From a virus (taxonomy: Duplodnaviria; Caudoviricetes), in IMG/VR virus record IMGVR_UViG_3300043104_000334: DNA of 64,000 nucleotides, one strand, 5' to 3'. Positions 29,816 to 38,645 of this stretch are shown here, piece after piece. Position 1 is the stretch's first letter; the number at the start of each line of letters is the position of its first letter. The notes below the pieces were generated by a model. The model worked only from the letters and a program-made list of their open reading frames with translations. It was not told where the DNA came from and did not search any database. A program made the position numbers and the translations under genes.

Positions 29816-30451
29816 TTAGTATTGACATATTCTTGTACTGCCAAAGACCTGAGCAGAATCACCAACCTTAGCATTACCATATACGCTGGCACTAGCGCCA
29901 ACCTTAGCGTTACCATACACTCTAGCATTATTAGAAATCTCAGCATTATTACTTACACTAGCATTGCCATATACTCTAGCATCATCGAAGACTCTGGTAT
30001 GGCCAGAGACCTTGGCATTACCAGATACCTTAGCATGACCAGATACCTTAGCACTGCCGAATACTTTGGCATGGCACGAGACTTGAGCATGACTGGTCAC
30101 TATAGCATCACAGCTAACCCTAGCATTATCAAAGACTCTAGCCTCGTTATCAACCTTAGCATTATCACAGACTCTAGCCTCATCAAAAACCTTAGCGTCA
30201 TCAAATACCCAGGCGGTACACAACTGAGCGAGATTAGTCTCGCTCTCTATCCAACCACCCAGGTCACCAGCCTTAACCTCTCTATCTTGACATGGAAAGT
30301 CCATTAGAGCTTTTACTCTATGAAGAGTATGACCATCCATCTCAATAGTTTCATCAGTGAGTTCATACTTCTTCTTATCTGTTTCCTCAGTAGTATTAAC
30401 CTTTTCAGCTGCTTTTCCAGCTGCTTTTAATAGTGTATTTACATTAGACAT
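29816..30451 (-). CDS. Hexapeptide-repeat protein with leader (MSNVNTLLKAA)
   Basis: Head domain plus repeats. Confidence 0.85.
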   Translation of the reverse strand: MSNVNTLLKAAGKAAEKVNTTEETDKKKYELTDETIEMDGHTLHRVKALMDFPCQDREVKAGDLGGWIESETNLAQLCTAWVFDDAKVFDEARVCDNAKVDNEARVFDNARVSCDAIVTSHAQVSCHAKVFGSAKVSGHAKVSGNAKVSGHTRVFDDARVYGNASVSNNAEISNNARVYGNAKVGASASVYGNAKVGDSAQVFGSTRICQY

Positions 30452-30476
30452 AATTTCTTACCTCCATTTATTATAT

Positions 30477-31325
30477 TCAACTAGAGACTCTGGCATTTCC
30501 ACAGATTACAGCATCACCATGGATGTGGGCTTTATCACACACTATAGTATTACCAGCGATTTTAACATTACCATGCACGAGAGCATTATTACAGACCACA
30601 GCCTGATCATAGACCTGAGCACTGTCATAGACTTGAACCATGCCGGAAACTATTGTTTTACCATAGACTTGAGCATCACCAAGAATACAAGCTTTGTCAG
30701 ATACTCTTGCATAATCATAAACCTGTGCATTACCGTAAACCTGAACATTGTCAGAGACTTTAGCACTACCATAGACCTTAGCATTACCATAAATCCGAAC
30801 ATTATCAGAAACTTTAGCATCACCATAGACTTTAGCGCTATCACCAATCAAAACGTTATCATAGACTTTAACAGAACCATAGACTACAGCACGATCAAAG
30901 ACCTTAGCAAAACAATAGATTTCTCCACCATAAACTCGAGCTTCACCAAAAACTTTAACATTACCATAGACTCTAGCATCACCATGGACTTTAGCATCAC
31001 CGTAAACTTTGGTATTGCCATAAATCATAGCTTCATCGAATACTTCTGCATTATCATCAATTTTGGCATTACCATAAACTTGAGCATTGTCAAAAACCCA
31101 ACAATTACCTTCATGAGACAGATTATCTTCATTCTCAATAAATCCGCCTAGGTCTCCAGCTTTGACTCCTCTGCCTTGACAATTAAAATCTTTTAAAGAT
31201 TTTATTCTGTAGAGTGTGTTACCATCAATTTCTTTAGTCTCGTTAGTGAATTCATACTTTTTATCCGATTCCTCTTTAGGGGCAACCCTTTCAGCTGCCC
31301 CTAAAAGTGTGTTGATATCTGCCAT
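30477..31325 (-). CDS. Hexapeptide-repeat protein with leader (MADINTLLGAA)
   Basis: Head domain plus repeats. Confidence 0.85.
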   Translation of the reverse strand: MADINTLLGAAERVAPKEESDKKYEFTNETKEIDGNTLYRIKSLKDFNCQGRGVKAGDLGGFIENEDNLSHEGNCWVFDNAQVYGNAKIDDNAEVFDEAMIYGNTKVYGDAKVHGDARVYGNVKVFGEARVYGGEIYCFAKVFDRAVVYGSVKVYDNVLIGDSAKVYGDAKVSDNVRIYGNAKVYGSAKVSDNVQVYGNAQVYDYARVSDKACILGDAQVYGKTIVSGMVQVYDSAQVYDQAVVCNNALVHGNVKIAGNTIVCDKAHIHGDAVICGNARVSS

Positions 31326-31361
31326 AATATTTTATCTCCATATTTCTCAAATATTAACATA

Positions 31362-33116
31362 TTAAAAGACTTCAGTATACCCATAAACTTTGGCATGACC
31401 ACCGACCGTGGCTTTGCCATAAACTTTAGCACTACCATAGACTATAGCATTTTTATATACCTGAGCATTGCCATAGACTTGAGCATAGTTAGAGATATTT
31501 GTGTCACCATAGACTTGAGCATTATCAAAGACTTTAGCATATCCACTAACAATAGCATGCTCGAAAACTTGAGCATCTTTATAAACTTCAGCATTACCAC
31601 ATATACAAGCATTGTCATAAACTGCAGCGTTATCATGTACTCGAGCTTTGCTACCGATTTTGGCATTACCAGAGACCTGAGCATGATCAGATACTTCAGC
31701 ATTATTATAAACCGAAGCATTACCATATACTTGAGCACTATCACATACTACGGTATTATCATATACCTCAGACTTACCATAAACTGTAGCGTATCCTCCC
31801 ACCATAGCATCAAAAGCTATGCTGGCATCGTCATAGACCCTAGCACTACCACTAATAGCAGCATTATCATGTACACCAGCATTACCAAAAATCTTGGCTT
31901 CGTCTATTACACAAGCACTACAAGTGACCGAAGCATTCCCGCTGACCGAAGCATTATCACATACTTTAGCATTGTCAAATATCCAGCAAGTGTCGTTGTG
32001 AGAAAGATTATCCTCGCTCTCAACAAAACCACCTAAATCACCAGCTTTGACTTCTTTACCTTGACACGTAAAGTTTTTCAGGGCTTTTATTCTGTGAAGT
32101 ATGCACTCTTCAAAGTCAATTGTTTCATCTGTTAATTCGTACTTCTTACCCTGCTCTTCAGTAGTATTAGTATGCACTCCACCATGTACTTTAGCATTAC
32201 TGTAGACTTTGGCGTTACTACAGACACTAATACTACTATCATAGACTCGAGCGTTATCATAGACCTGTGCATCACCATAGACTTGTGCTTTACCGTAGAC
32301 TTGAGCGTTATCAAAGAGCTGAGCGTTATCATACACCTCAGCATAATCACATACACTAGCCTTATTATAAATCTGAGCATTACCATACACCTGAGCCGCA
32401 TCGAATACAACAGCATAGTCATATACCTTAGCATTGCCGTATACCTTAGCATGACAACTAATATCAGCCTTGTCACAGATTTCAGCCATGTCATAGACTT
32501 CAGCATTTCCATAGACATGTGCATCGCCGTAGACCTGAGCATTGTCACTAACTTTAGCTGTATCATATATTCTAGCATTATCAGATACTATAGCATTGCC
32601 ACATACTAGTGCATTATCATAGATTTTAGCGGCGTCATAAACTTCGGCCTTATCACATACCCAAGCATCATCATAAATCTGAGCATTATCATAAACTTCA
32701 GCATCATCGTAGACTTGAGCATTGCCATAGACTTGAGCATTACCACATACCTGAGCATCATCATATACTTCAGCCTCGTCATACACCAGTGAATCACCAT
32801 AGACCTGGGCATCTCCATATAGGCCAGCATTGTTACTTACCTTAGCATTACCGTATACCTTAGCATCATCAAATATCCAACAAGTGCCTTTTTGATCAAG
32901 ATTAGTTTCACTTTCTACCCATCCGCCCAAACTACCGGCTTTGACCTCTCTCTCCTGACACTTAAATTCTTTTAATGCTCTTATTCTGTGAAGTGTATGA
33001 CCCTCTGCCTCAATTGTTTCATCTGTAAGTTCATACTTCTTCTCATCCTTATCCGTTACTTGTTTGGTAGGGACAGCCTTTCCAGCTGCTCCCAGTAACA
33101 TATCAAGATTACTCAT
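31362..33116 (-). CDS. Two-unit hexapeptide-repeat protein with leader (MSNLDMLLGAA)
   Basis: Two head domains plus two repeat tracts. Confidence 0.85.
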   Translation of the reverse strand: MSNLDMLLGAAGKAVPTKQVTDKDEKKYELTDETIEAEGHTLHRIRALKEFKCQEREVKAGSLGGWVESETNLDQKGTCWIFDDAKVYGNAKVSNNAGLYGDAQVYGDSLVYDEAEVYDDAQVCGNAQVYGNAQVYDDAEVYDNAQIYDDAWVCDKAEVYDAAKIYDNALVCGNAIVSDNARIYDTAKVSDNAQVYGDAHVYGNAEVYDMAEICDKADISCHAKVYGNAKVYDYAVVFDAAQVYGNAQIYNKASVCDYAEVYDNAQLFDNAQVYGKAQVYGDAQVYDNARVYDSSISVCSNAKVYSNAKVHGGVHTNTTEEQGKKYELTDETIDFEECILHRIKALKNFTCQGKEVKAGDLGGFVESEDNLSHNDTCWIFDNAKVCDNASVSGNASVTCSACVIDEAKIFGNAGVHDNAAISGSARVYDDASIAFDAMVGGYATVYGKSEVYDNTVVCDSAQVYGNASVYNNAEVSDHAQVSGNAKIGSKARVHDNAAVYDNACICGNAEVYKDAQVFEHAIVSGYAKVFDNAQVYGDTNISNYAQVYGNAQVYKNAIVYGSAKVYGKATVGGHAKVYGYTEVF

Positions 33117-33147
33117 AATTACTACCTCTCTTTAAATTATGTTTTAT

Positions 33148-35079
33148 TTACTCGTAGACTTCAGTATCACCATAGATTTCAGTATTACAAACTCTAGCAT
33201 TACCATGGACTTTAGCTTTGCCATAAACCTTTGCATTCTCGAAAACCGTGGCCCTACCATAAATTTGAGCATCACCACATACTAATACATTTTCACAAAC
33301 TTTAGCATGCTCATAAACGCGTGCATTGTAGCATACTTTAGCATCGTTGCATACTATAGCATTACCATATACCTGAGCGTAATGATATACCTGAGCATCA
33401 TTATATATTTTAGCATAGTCATAGATTTTAGCATAGTCATAGACTTTTGCACTACCATAGACTTCTGCATGGTCATATACTGTAGTCTTGTCATCTAGTG
33501 CAGCACTACCATAAACTTTAGCACTACCATAAACCTCAACGTCTCCACGCACTTCAGCATTACCATAAACTTGAGCAGTATCCAGAACTTGAGCATCACC
33601 ATATACCTTTGCATCACCATACACTTCGGCACCATTATACACTCGAGCAGTACCGTAGATTTCCGCACAACCATAAACACTGGCGTAGCAATCTACTCTA
33701 GCCTCACCAAAGACCTCAGCATTATCAAATACTTGTGCTTTATCAAATACCCAGCAAGTATCTTTGTGAGAAAGATTCTTATCTTCCTCTACAAAACCGC
33801 CTAAGTCACCAATTTTAACATCTCTGCCTTGACAATCAAAGTCCTTTAAAGATTTTATTCTGTGAAGAGTGTGACCATCTATCATGATTATCTCATCAGT
33901 AAATTCATACTTCTTACCGACTATTTCTGTGTTAGCATCTACCGCTCTTAATGTCTCAAGTTCACGACTAGTACTAATCTCCTCATCGAAGACTAGTAAA
34001 TCACCACAAACGTGAGTATGATAGTTAATCAAGGAACGGCCACAGACTTTAGCATTACCACTGACTTGAGCATCACTCAATAGTAAAGCCTTACCAAAGA
34101 CCATACCGTAGCCACTTACTTGGGCATCATCCCTGATTTCGGCCTTGTCATAAACATGGGCACGGTCAAAGACCTTAGCACACCCATGAATATTAGCATT
34201 TTTATATACATGAGCAGTACCATAAACTTGAGCGTCGTCATAAACTTGAGCATCCCCACTAATCATGCTAAAGTCATAGACTTTAGCCATGCCATAAACT
34301 TGAGCATTATCATAAACCTGAGCATTACCGTAAACCTGAGCTTTATTAAAGATATTAGCGGTGCCGTACACTCTAGCCATAGCGTAAAGTCTGGATATAC
34401 CATGGATAATAGCGTCAGCAAAAACTGCTGCTTCATCATAGACTGAAGCATTGTCGTAAACTTTAGCGCTACCGAAAATACTAGCCTCCCCATAGATTCG
34501 TGCATCATCATATACTTGAGCATTTTCAAATATATGCGCATCACCATAAACTTGAGCATCATCTGATACTTGAGCGCTACCAGAAACCTTAGCATTACCA
34601 TACACTTTAGCGCCCATATAAACTTTTGCTTTACCCCAGATATTTGCACTCTCGTAGATTTCGGCCCAATCACAAACCGCAGCATTGTCATGAACAGTAG
34701 CTTTATCAAATACTTTAACTGACCCGCCTACTTTAGCCCTGTCGAAGACTTGAGCATTATCAGAAACTCTAGCGTCATCATACACTTTAGCATCGCCGAA
34801 GACTTGTGCTTCATCAAATACCCAGCAAGCATCTTCTTGTGATAGGTTACTCTCACTTTCAACCCAACCACCTAAGTCACCAACTCTTACATCTCTACCC
34901 TGACAAGTAAAATTCTTTAGAGATTTTATTCTATGGACAATATGGCTACCTGCTATGAGAACGACACGGTTATCTACTCTTGTTGTCTCGTCCGTTAATT
35001 CATATTTTTTCTCTACTTCCTTATTGCTAGTGTCAGAACATCTAAATGCTGCCCCTAGCAGTTCATCTAAACTACTCAT
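33148..35079 (-). CDS. Two-unit hexapeptide-repeat protein with leader (MSSLDELLGAA)
   Basis: Two head domains plus two repeat tracts; first gene of the array. Confidence 0.85.
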   Translation of the reverse strand: MSSLDELLGAAFRCSDTSNKEVEKKYELTDETTRVDNRVVLIAGSHIVHRIKSLKNFTCQGRDVRVGDLGGWVESESNLSQEDACWVFDEAQVFGDAKVYDDARVSDNAQVFDRAKVGGSVKVFDKATVHDNAAVCDWAEIYESANIWGKAKVYMGAKVYGNAKVSGSAQVSDDAQVYGDAHIFENAQVYDDARIYGEASIFGSAKVYDNASVYDEAAVFADAIIHGISRLYAMARVYGTANIFNKAQVYGNAQVYDNAQVYGMAKVYDFSMISGDAQVYDDAQVYGTAHVYKNANIHGCAKVFDRAHVYDKAEIRDDAQVSGYGMVFGKALLLSDAQVSGNAKVCGRSLINYHTHVCGDLLVFDEEISTSRELETLRAVDANTEIVGKKYEFTDEIIMIDGHTLHRIKSLKDFDCQGRDVKIGDLGGFVEEDKNLSHKDTCWVFDKAQVFDNAEVFGEARVDCYASVYGCAEIYGTARVYNGAEVYGDAKVYGDAQVLDTAQVYGNAEVRGDVEVYGSAKVYGSAALDDKTTVYDHAEVYGSAKVYDYAKIYDYAKIYNDAQVYHYAQVYGNAIVCNDAKVCYNARVYEHAKVCENVLVCGDAQIYGRATVFENAKVYGKAKVHGNARVCNTEIYGDTEVYE

Positions 35080-35340
35080 AACTTATCTTTCCTTTCATCA
35101 AATTATATTATTCTTTATAGATTTTAGCTGCAATCCTAGTATTTGCATTATCGCGAAATGGAATATAATAATCTATTATACCTGCATCAATATTCTTATT
35201 AACTACTTCTGTGGTCTTAGCTGGTATTAACATATTAATATCAATTATAATGACTACCTTTCAATTATCTTTCAATTATATATGATATTTCCATGCTACG
35301 GGTTTCAGTTTGCTACTATTATTAAATTACTCAAAACATA

Positions 35341-35374
35341 TAGCCCTAGTGTATATTAATATACACTAGGGCTA
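35341..35374. terminator. Perfect 34-bp palindrome, probable terminator of the upstream membrane operon
   Basis: TAGCCCTAGTGTATATTAATATACACTAGGGCTA is its own reverse complement; 4 nt after the 35379 stop, followed by TATGTTTT on the minus strand. Confidence 0.7.
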
Positions 35375-35378
35375 ATCG

Positions 35379-36503
35379 TCATTTTCTTTCAAGTAACGCA
35401 ATAATGTTCTTTACAATACTCATAGAAGAATACTCACTTATTCTCGCAGATGTATCAAGCTTTTCAAAATCTTTAATGTACTTAATAAACTGCGTTGTAT
35501 TCTCATAAGAAATGATTCTTCCAAGCGGAATATCCGCGGGTGCATCTTTTAAATCGGATACTGTGTACATAACTTCTACGTTTGGTCCAACAACATGAGG
35601 CACTGAGTATCCACCTCTGTCAAGAATTATCAGAATAGAGATATTAGACGAATTCTTTAAGACATCCTGCATAATGTTAGGCTGCATACCAAGCATAAGA
35701 ATATCACCTTGTATTACGTCACGCTCGATAAGATTGTGATGCGGAACAAGGTTGGGATAAAGCGGAATCTTACCATCTGCATAATACCCCTCAATAACAA
35801 GTATTCTTGTAGGCATCGCGTAAAGAGTCTTCATAATCTCTTTCAGATAGTACACAAGTGTATCTGTATACTGAACTCTTGAAATCTCCTTTATGTAAAG
35901 AATCTTATCGTAAGAATTCTTGTCAACCTGAAACAGTTTATTCTTATCAACACCTGCATTATACTGATAATTGATACGGGATATAAGTGCATGAAACTTT
36001 GACTGATAGGAAAGCTTATTTGCACTCTCCAGCTGGATTGTGTAGTCCTTATCATCAATCTCCGCTTGCATACCCTCTACAATAGACTGAAGTCGCGACA
36101 CCTGATTTGAGTAAGCAAGCATCTGCTTAAAGTAATCATTGTTCCTATCGGTGAGATACTTGAGTGTATCCATGAATTCCTTTTCATGTGCACCAAGCAG
36201 CATTATGATTTCACTAACATCCCGACACTCAGCAATCTTCTGAACCATTTTGTCCTGAGTAAGTACCTCATCCTCTAAATCAAGCTCGATTACAAGATTA
36301 TAGTTAATCCTCCGGACATTTTCAATGTACTTCATAAGACCAGTAGGCGTGAAGAACTCATGCGCGAAATCCTGCCGAATAACAACTTTATTAGAGGATA
36401 AATTATCTACAGCAATTTTGTCCAACTCAGACTTGGTATGAATAAATTTATATCCATCAACCTTGTCTTTCGTTTCCTCTACTAATGATGCTAAATACAT
36501 CAT
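35379..36503 (-). CDS. Hypothetical cytoplasmic protein with central coiled coil
   Basis: 374-aa ORF overlapping the upstream gene; heptad stretch QMLAYSNQVSRLQSIVEGMQAEI. Confidence 0.75.
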   Translation of the reverse strand: MMYLASLVEETKDKVDGYKFIHTKSELDKIAVDNLSSNKVVIRQDFAHEFFTPTGLMKYIENVRRINYNLVIELDLEDEVLTQDKMVQKIAECRDVSEIIMLLGAHEKEFMDTLKYLTDRNNDYFKQMLAYSNQVSRLQSIVEGMQAEIDDKDYTIQLESANKLSYQSKFHALISRINYQYNAGVDKNKLFQVDKNSYDKILYIKEISRVQYTDTLVYYLKEIMKTLYAMPTRILVIEGYYADGKIPLYPNLVPHHNLIERDVIQGDILMLGMQPNIMQDVLKNSSNISILIILDRGGYSVPHVVGPNVEVMYTVSDLKDAPADIPLGRIISYENTTQFIKYIKDFEKLDTSARISEYSSMSIVKNIIALLERK

Positions 36504-37683
36504 AGACGATTTCCTCCCCTCTCAAGTTAATTCCATTTGCTTCAACGACTTCCGCAATAAGGTTACTCTTATCAAGAACGACCCGCACGATATCAGTCAT
36601 CTCAGTTGATGTAATGTTACATTCATTCTTCTTATTCATACGCATACCAACCAAGATTACCTTTGTTGGGTCAACATCATAAAGGAGTGAGTTGCAGCAT
36701 TCAAGAACATCCGGTACTGTATCAGCACACACAATACTATAGTATGAACCATAGGGAGTCTGCGTAAAATCACACTCCTTTATGAAGTAATCAACATAGC
36801 CGAGTAAGTTGCTGCTGAGAATGTCGAATACAAAATCATAGTTAAATATAATTCTGTTCTTGCATCCAATAACAATAAGCCGGGCTGAGCTTGCTTTAAT
36901 ATCCTGCACGATTTTTGTAGGGTTAACCATGAACTCCTCAAGGTCAATAAACTCATAATCAACTGATGACTTAAGCACCATATCAGTCAACCGGTGATAT
37001 TGAATGTCACTCTCAACAATAAGCGTTTTTCCTGTCAATGCAAGATACTGTGCCTCAATGAATGTAAAGAGCGTACGCTCAACTGACTGCTTCCCAACAA
37101 CATAGTATGTGCTAGACAAAATGTCTACGCTAGGAATTTGAATTTCCGGCTCTGCCATTTGTGGTATAGCAGACAGCTGTTCTTCATCTGTTTCATAATC
37201 ATTCTCATCAGTCTCGTACTTCTTAATATTTTGTGCAACTGCATATTCAGAAGCACGCATACGATAAGTGATTACTTCAGTCTCCGACTCATCAGCAATA
37301 CGTGCTGCTCCTGATACAATATCAGAAATAAATCTTGACGATAAATCTCCCTGATAGAATGTGATGGTTGTAATACCATTATCTTCAAGGAATGAACTTA
37401 CGGCATCACTTGACGTTGTCTCACTAATGAGATAAATACAACTTCCAGTAAGCTTCAAAAATGGCGCTGAAAGCAAATCCAGAAGTCTCGCCATATTTGT
37501 ACTTGTAAAGGGAAGTTCCTTTTCTGAGATAACGATAGAACCAAGTACAATAGGTGTGGTGTTAATATACTCCTCGAACTTTATGAAGTCGGGAAATATA
37601 CTTATATCATATACCGGAGTGACACTCTTTATTGAGTCATCAATGTTACCGGCAACAATAAACATTCTTTCCTTAGAAATCAT
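36457..37683 (-). CDS. MinD/ParA/CpaE-like protein with a degenerate P-loop
   Basis: YYVVGKQSVERTLFTFIEAQYLALTGKTLIVESD mirrors the ParA/MinD layout xxVxGKGGVGKT..A..LA..GKxVLxxDxD; N-terminal receiver-like alpha/beta domain and acidic linker. Confidence 0.5.
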   Translation of the reverse strand: MISKERMFIVAGNIDDSIKSVTPVYDISIFPDFIKFEEYINTTPIVLGSIVISEKELPFTSTNMARLLDLLSAPFLKLTGSCIYLISETTSSDAVSSFLEDNGITTITFYQGDLSSRFISDIVSGAARIADESETEVITYRMRASEYAVAQNIKKYETDENDYETDEEQLSAIPQMAEPEIQIPSVDILSSTYYVVGKQSVERTLFTFIEAQYLALTGKTLIVESDIQYHRLTDMVLKSSVDYEFIDLEEFMVNPTKIVQDIKASSARLIVIGCKNRIIFNYDFVFDILSSNLLGYVDYFIKECDFTQTPYGSYYSIVCADTVPDVLECCNSLLYDVDPTKVILVGMRMNKKNECNITSTEMTDIVRVVLDKSNLIAEVVEANGINLRGEEIVYDVFSIISRGNERQG

Positions 37684-38591
37684 GATTGTCTCCTCTCCTC
37701 AAGACTTGATGTTTCCTCAGCAGGTACAAGCTCCTTTGGAACGTTATCATCATACCAGAGTACCTTGGAAGCATAATACTCATCGTTATCATACTTCTTG
37801 ATAAGCATATTCTTAAGGTCGGCAAATCCACAGATATCTCTGTTGAATAGTTCAATAACGTCATCATAATCACAAACTTTTATTTCATTAAATAAAAGAG
37901 CAATTTCTGACGATGTTAACTCACCCATATGAGCGATAAGCTTTTTCCAAGCATACTTGGCAGACGTTACCAAGAACGTTACTCTGTATAATCCAGTATG
38001 CTCACGAGACCATTCATCCTGATATGCATAGAACCCGATTCGTTCCTGTATTACTTCATTGTCTTTATACCGTTTAAGGTTTGGCAGAGTATCTTCACAT
38101 AACAGTTCATCTACCGTATTGTGTAACATCATATCCCACTGCCAACCACCATTGTCTAATTCGTTCATAAAATTTTCCATATCAACGGAAAGTTTATCTT
38201 CCGTAAGATACTCTCTTAAGTACCCAGAAATCAAGAGACCTACTCTACCATTATCAAATTCAATAAGACCATTCTCATGAACATGATTAACATGTATGAG
38301 TTCATCTGCCGATTTATACTCATCATTTCTTTGCTGCTCATAGAACTGCATTTTTACTTTTTCCTTACCAAGAATGATGAGAGCCATTCTCCCCGTAAAA
38401 AGAAGATCAAATATACAAACCCACCAGAACTTAATAGGCGTACCCTGCAATAAGAATAACCATATAAGTAATGGTAAAGCAGCACAGGCAAGAGTAAGCA
38501 CAATAGGTAATACTCTACCCTCATACTCACCAAATACGCTATCTATATTCAATAGCGTATTTATGTTTTCTTTTCCTTTAAACCTCTTCAT
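37680..38591 (-). CDS. Two-TM protein with cytoplasmic domain, possibly a PrgI/VirB3-like T4SS accessory (start revised to MKRFKG)
   Basis: Two N-terminal TM helices followed by a soluble domain; context of the membrane operon. Confidence 0.45.
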   Translation of the reverse strand: MKRFKGKENINTLLNIDSVFGEYEGRVLPIVLTLACAALPLLIWLFLLQGTPIKFWWVCIFDLLFTGRMALIILGKEKVKMQFYEQQRNDEYKSADELIHVNHVHENGLIEFDNGRVGLLISGYLREYLTEDKLSVDMENFMNELDNGGWQWDMMLHNTVDELLCEDTLPNLKRYKDNEVIQERIGFYAYQDEWSREHTGLYRVTFLVTSAKYAWKKLIAHMGELTSSEIALLFNEIKVCDYDDVIELFNRDICGFADLKNMLIKKYDNDEYYASKVLWYDDNVPKELVPAEETSSLEERRQS

Positions 38592-38645
38592 ACAATCACC
38601 TTTCATAAATGTGGGTTTGGCATTTAACCAAACCCACATAATTTC

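Larger units (their letters stand above)
22728..35079 (-). repeat. Tandem array of 11 paralogous hexapeptide-repeat genes (14 head+beta-helix units) plus one unrelated gene
   Basis: Each unit is KY(E/K)(L/F)T...LHRIKALKxF...G(D/E)LGG(W/F)(I/V)ExExNLS(Q/H)xGxCW(V/I) followed by (V/I)-Y-(G/D)-(N/D)-A-x repeats. Confidence 0.9.

Noticed and set aside
22800-34800. Many plus-strand and alternate-frame ORFs (Ile/Ser- or Met/Leu-rich) over the array
   Set aside because: They are shadows of the periodic VYGNAK codon pattern, lack an RBS and overlap intact genes.
24500-35000. 18-bp DNA periodicity that might look like a CRISPR or satellite array
   Set aside because: The repeats are degenerate, in-frame coding hexapeptides without unique spacers; no cas genes are present.
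22728-35079. Calling the array genes LpxA/LpxD-type acyltransferases
   Set aside because: Only the beta-helix periodicity is shared; there are no acyltransferase accessory domains or biosynthetic context, and the head domain is the phage-associated type.
22728-35079. Diversity-generating retroelement or invertase shufflon as the source of variation
   Set aside because: No reverse transcriptase, adenine-specific TR/VR pair or adjacent recombinase; all genes are co-oriented with their own RBS.
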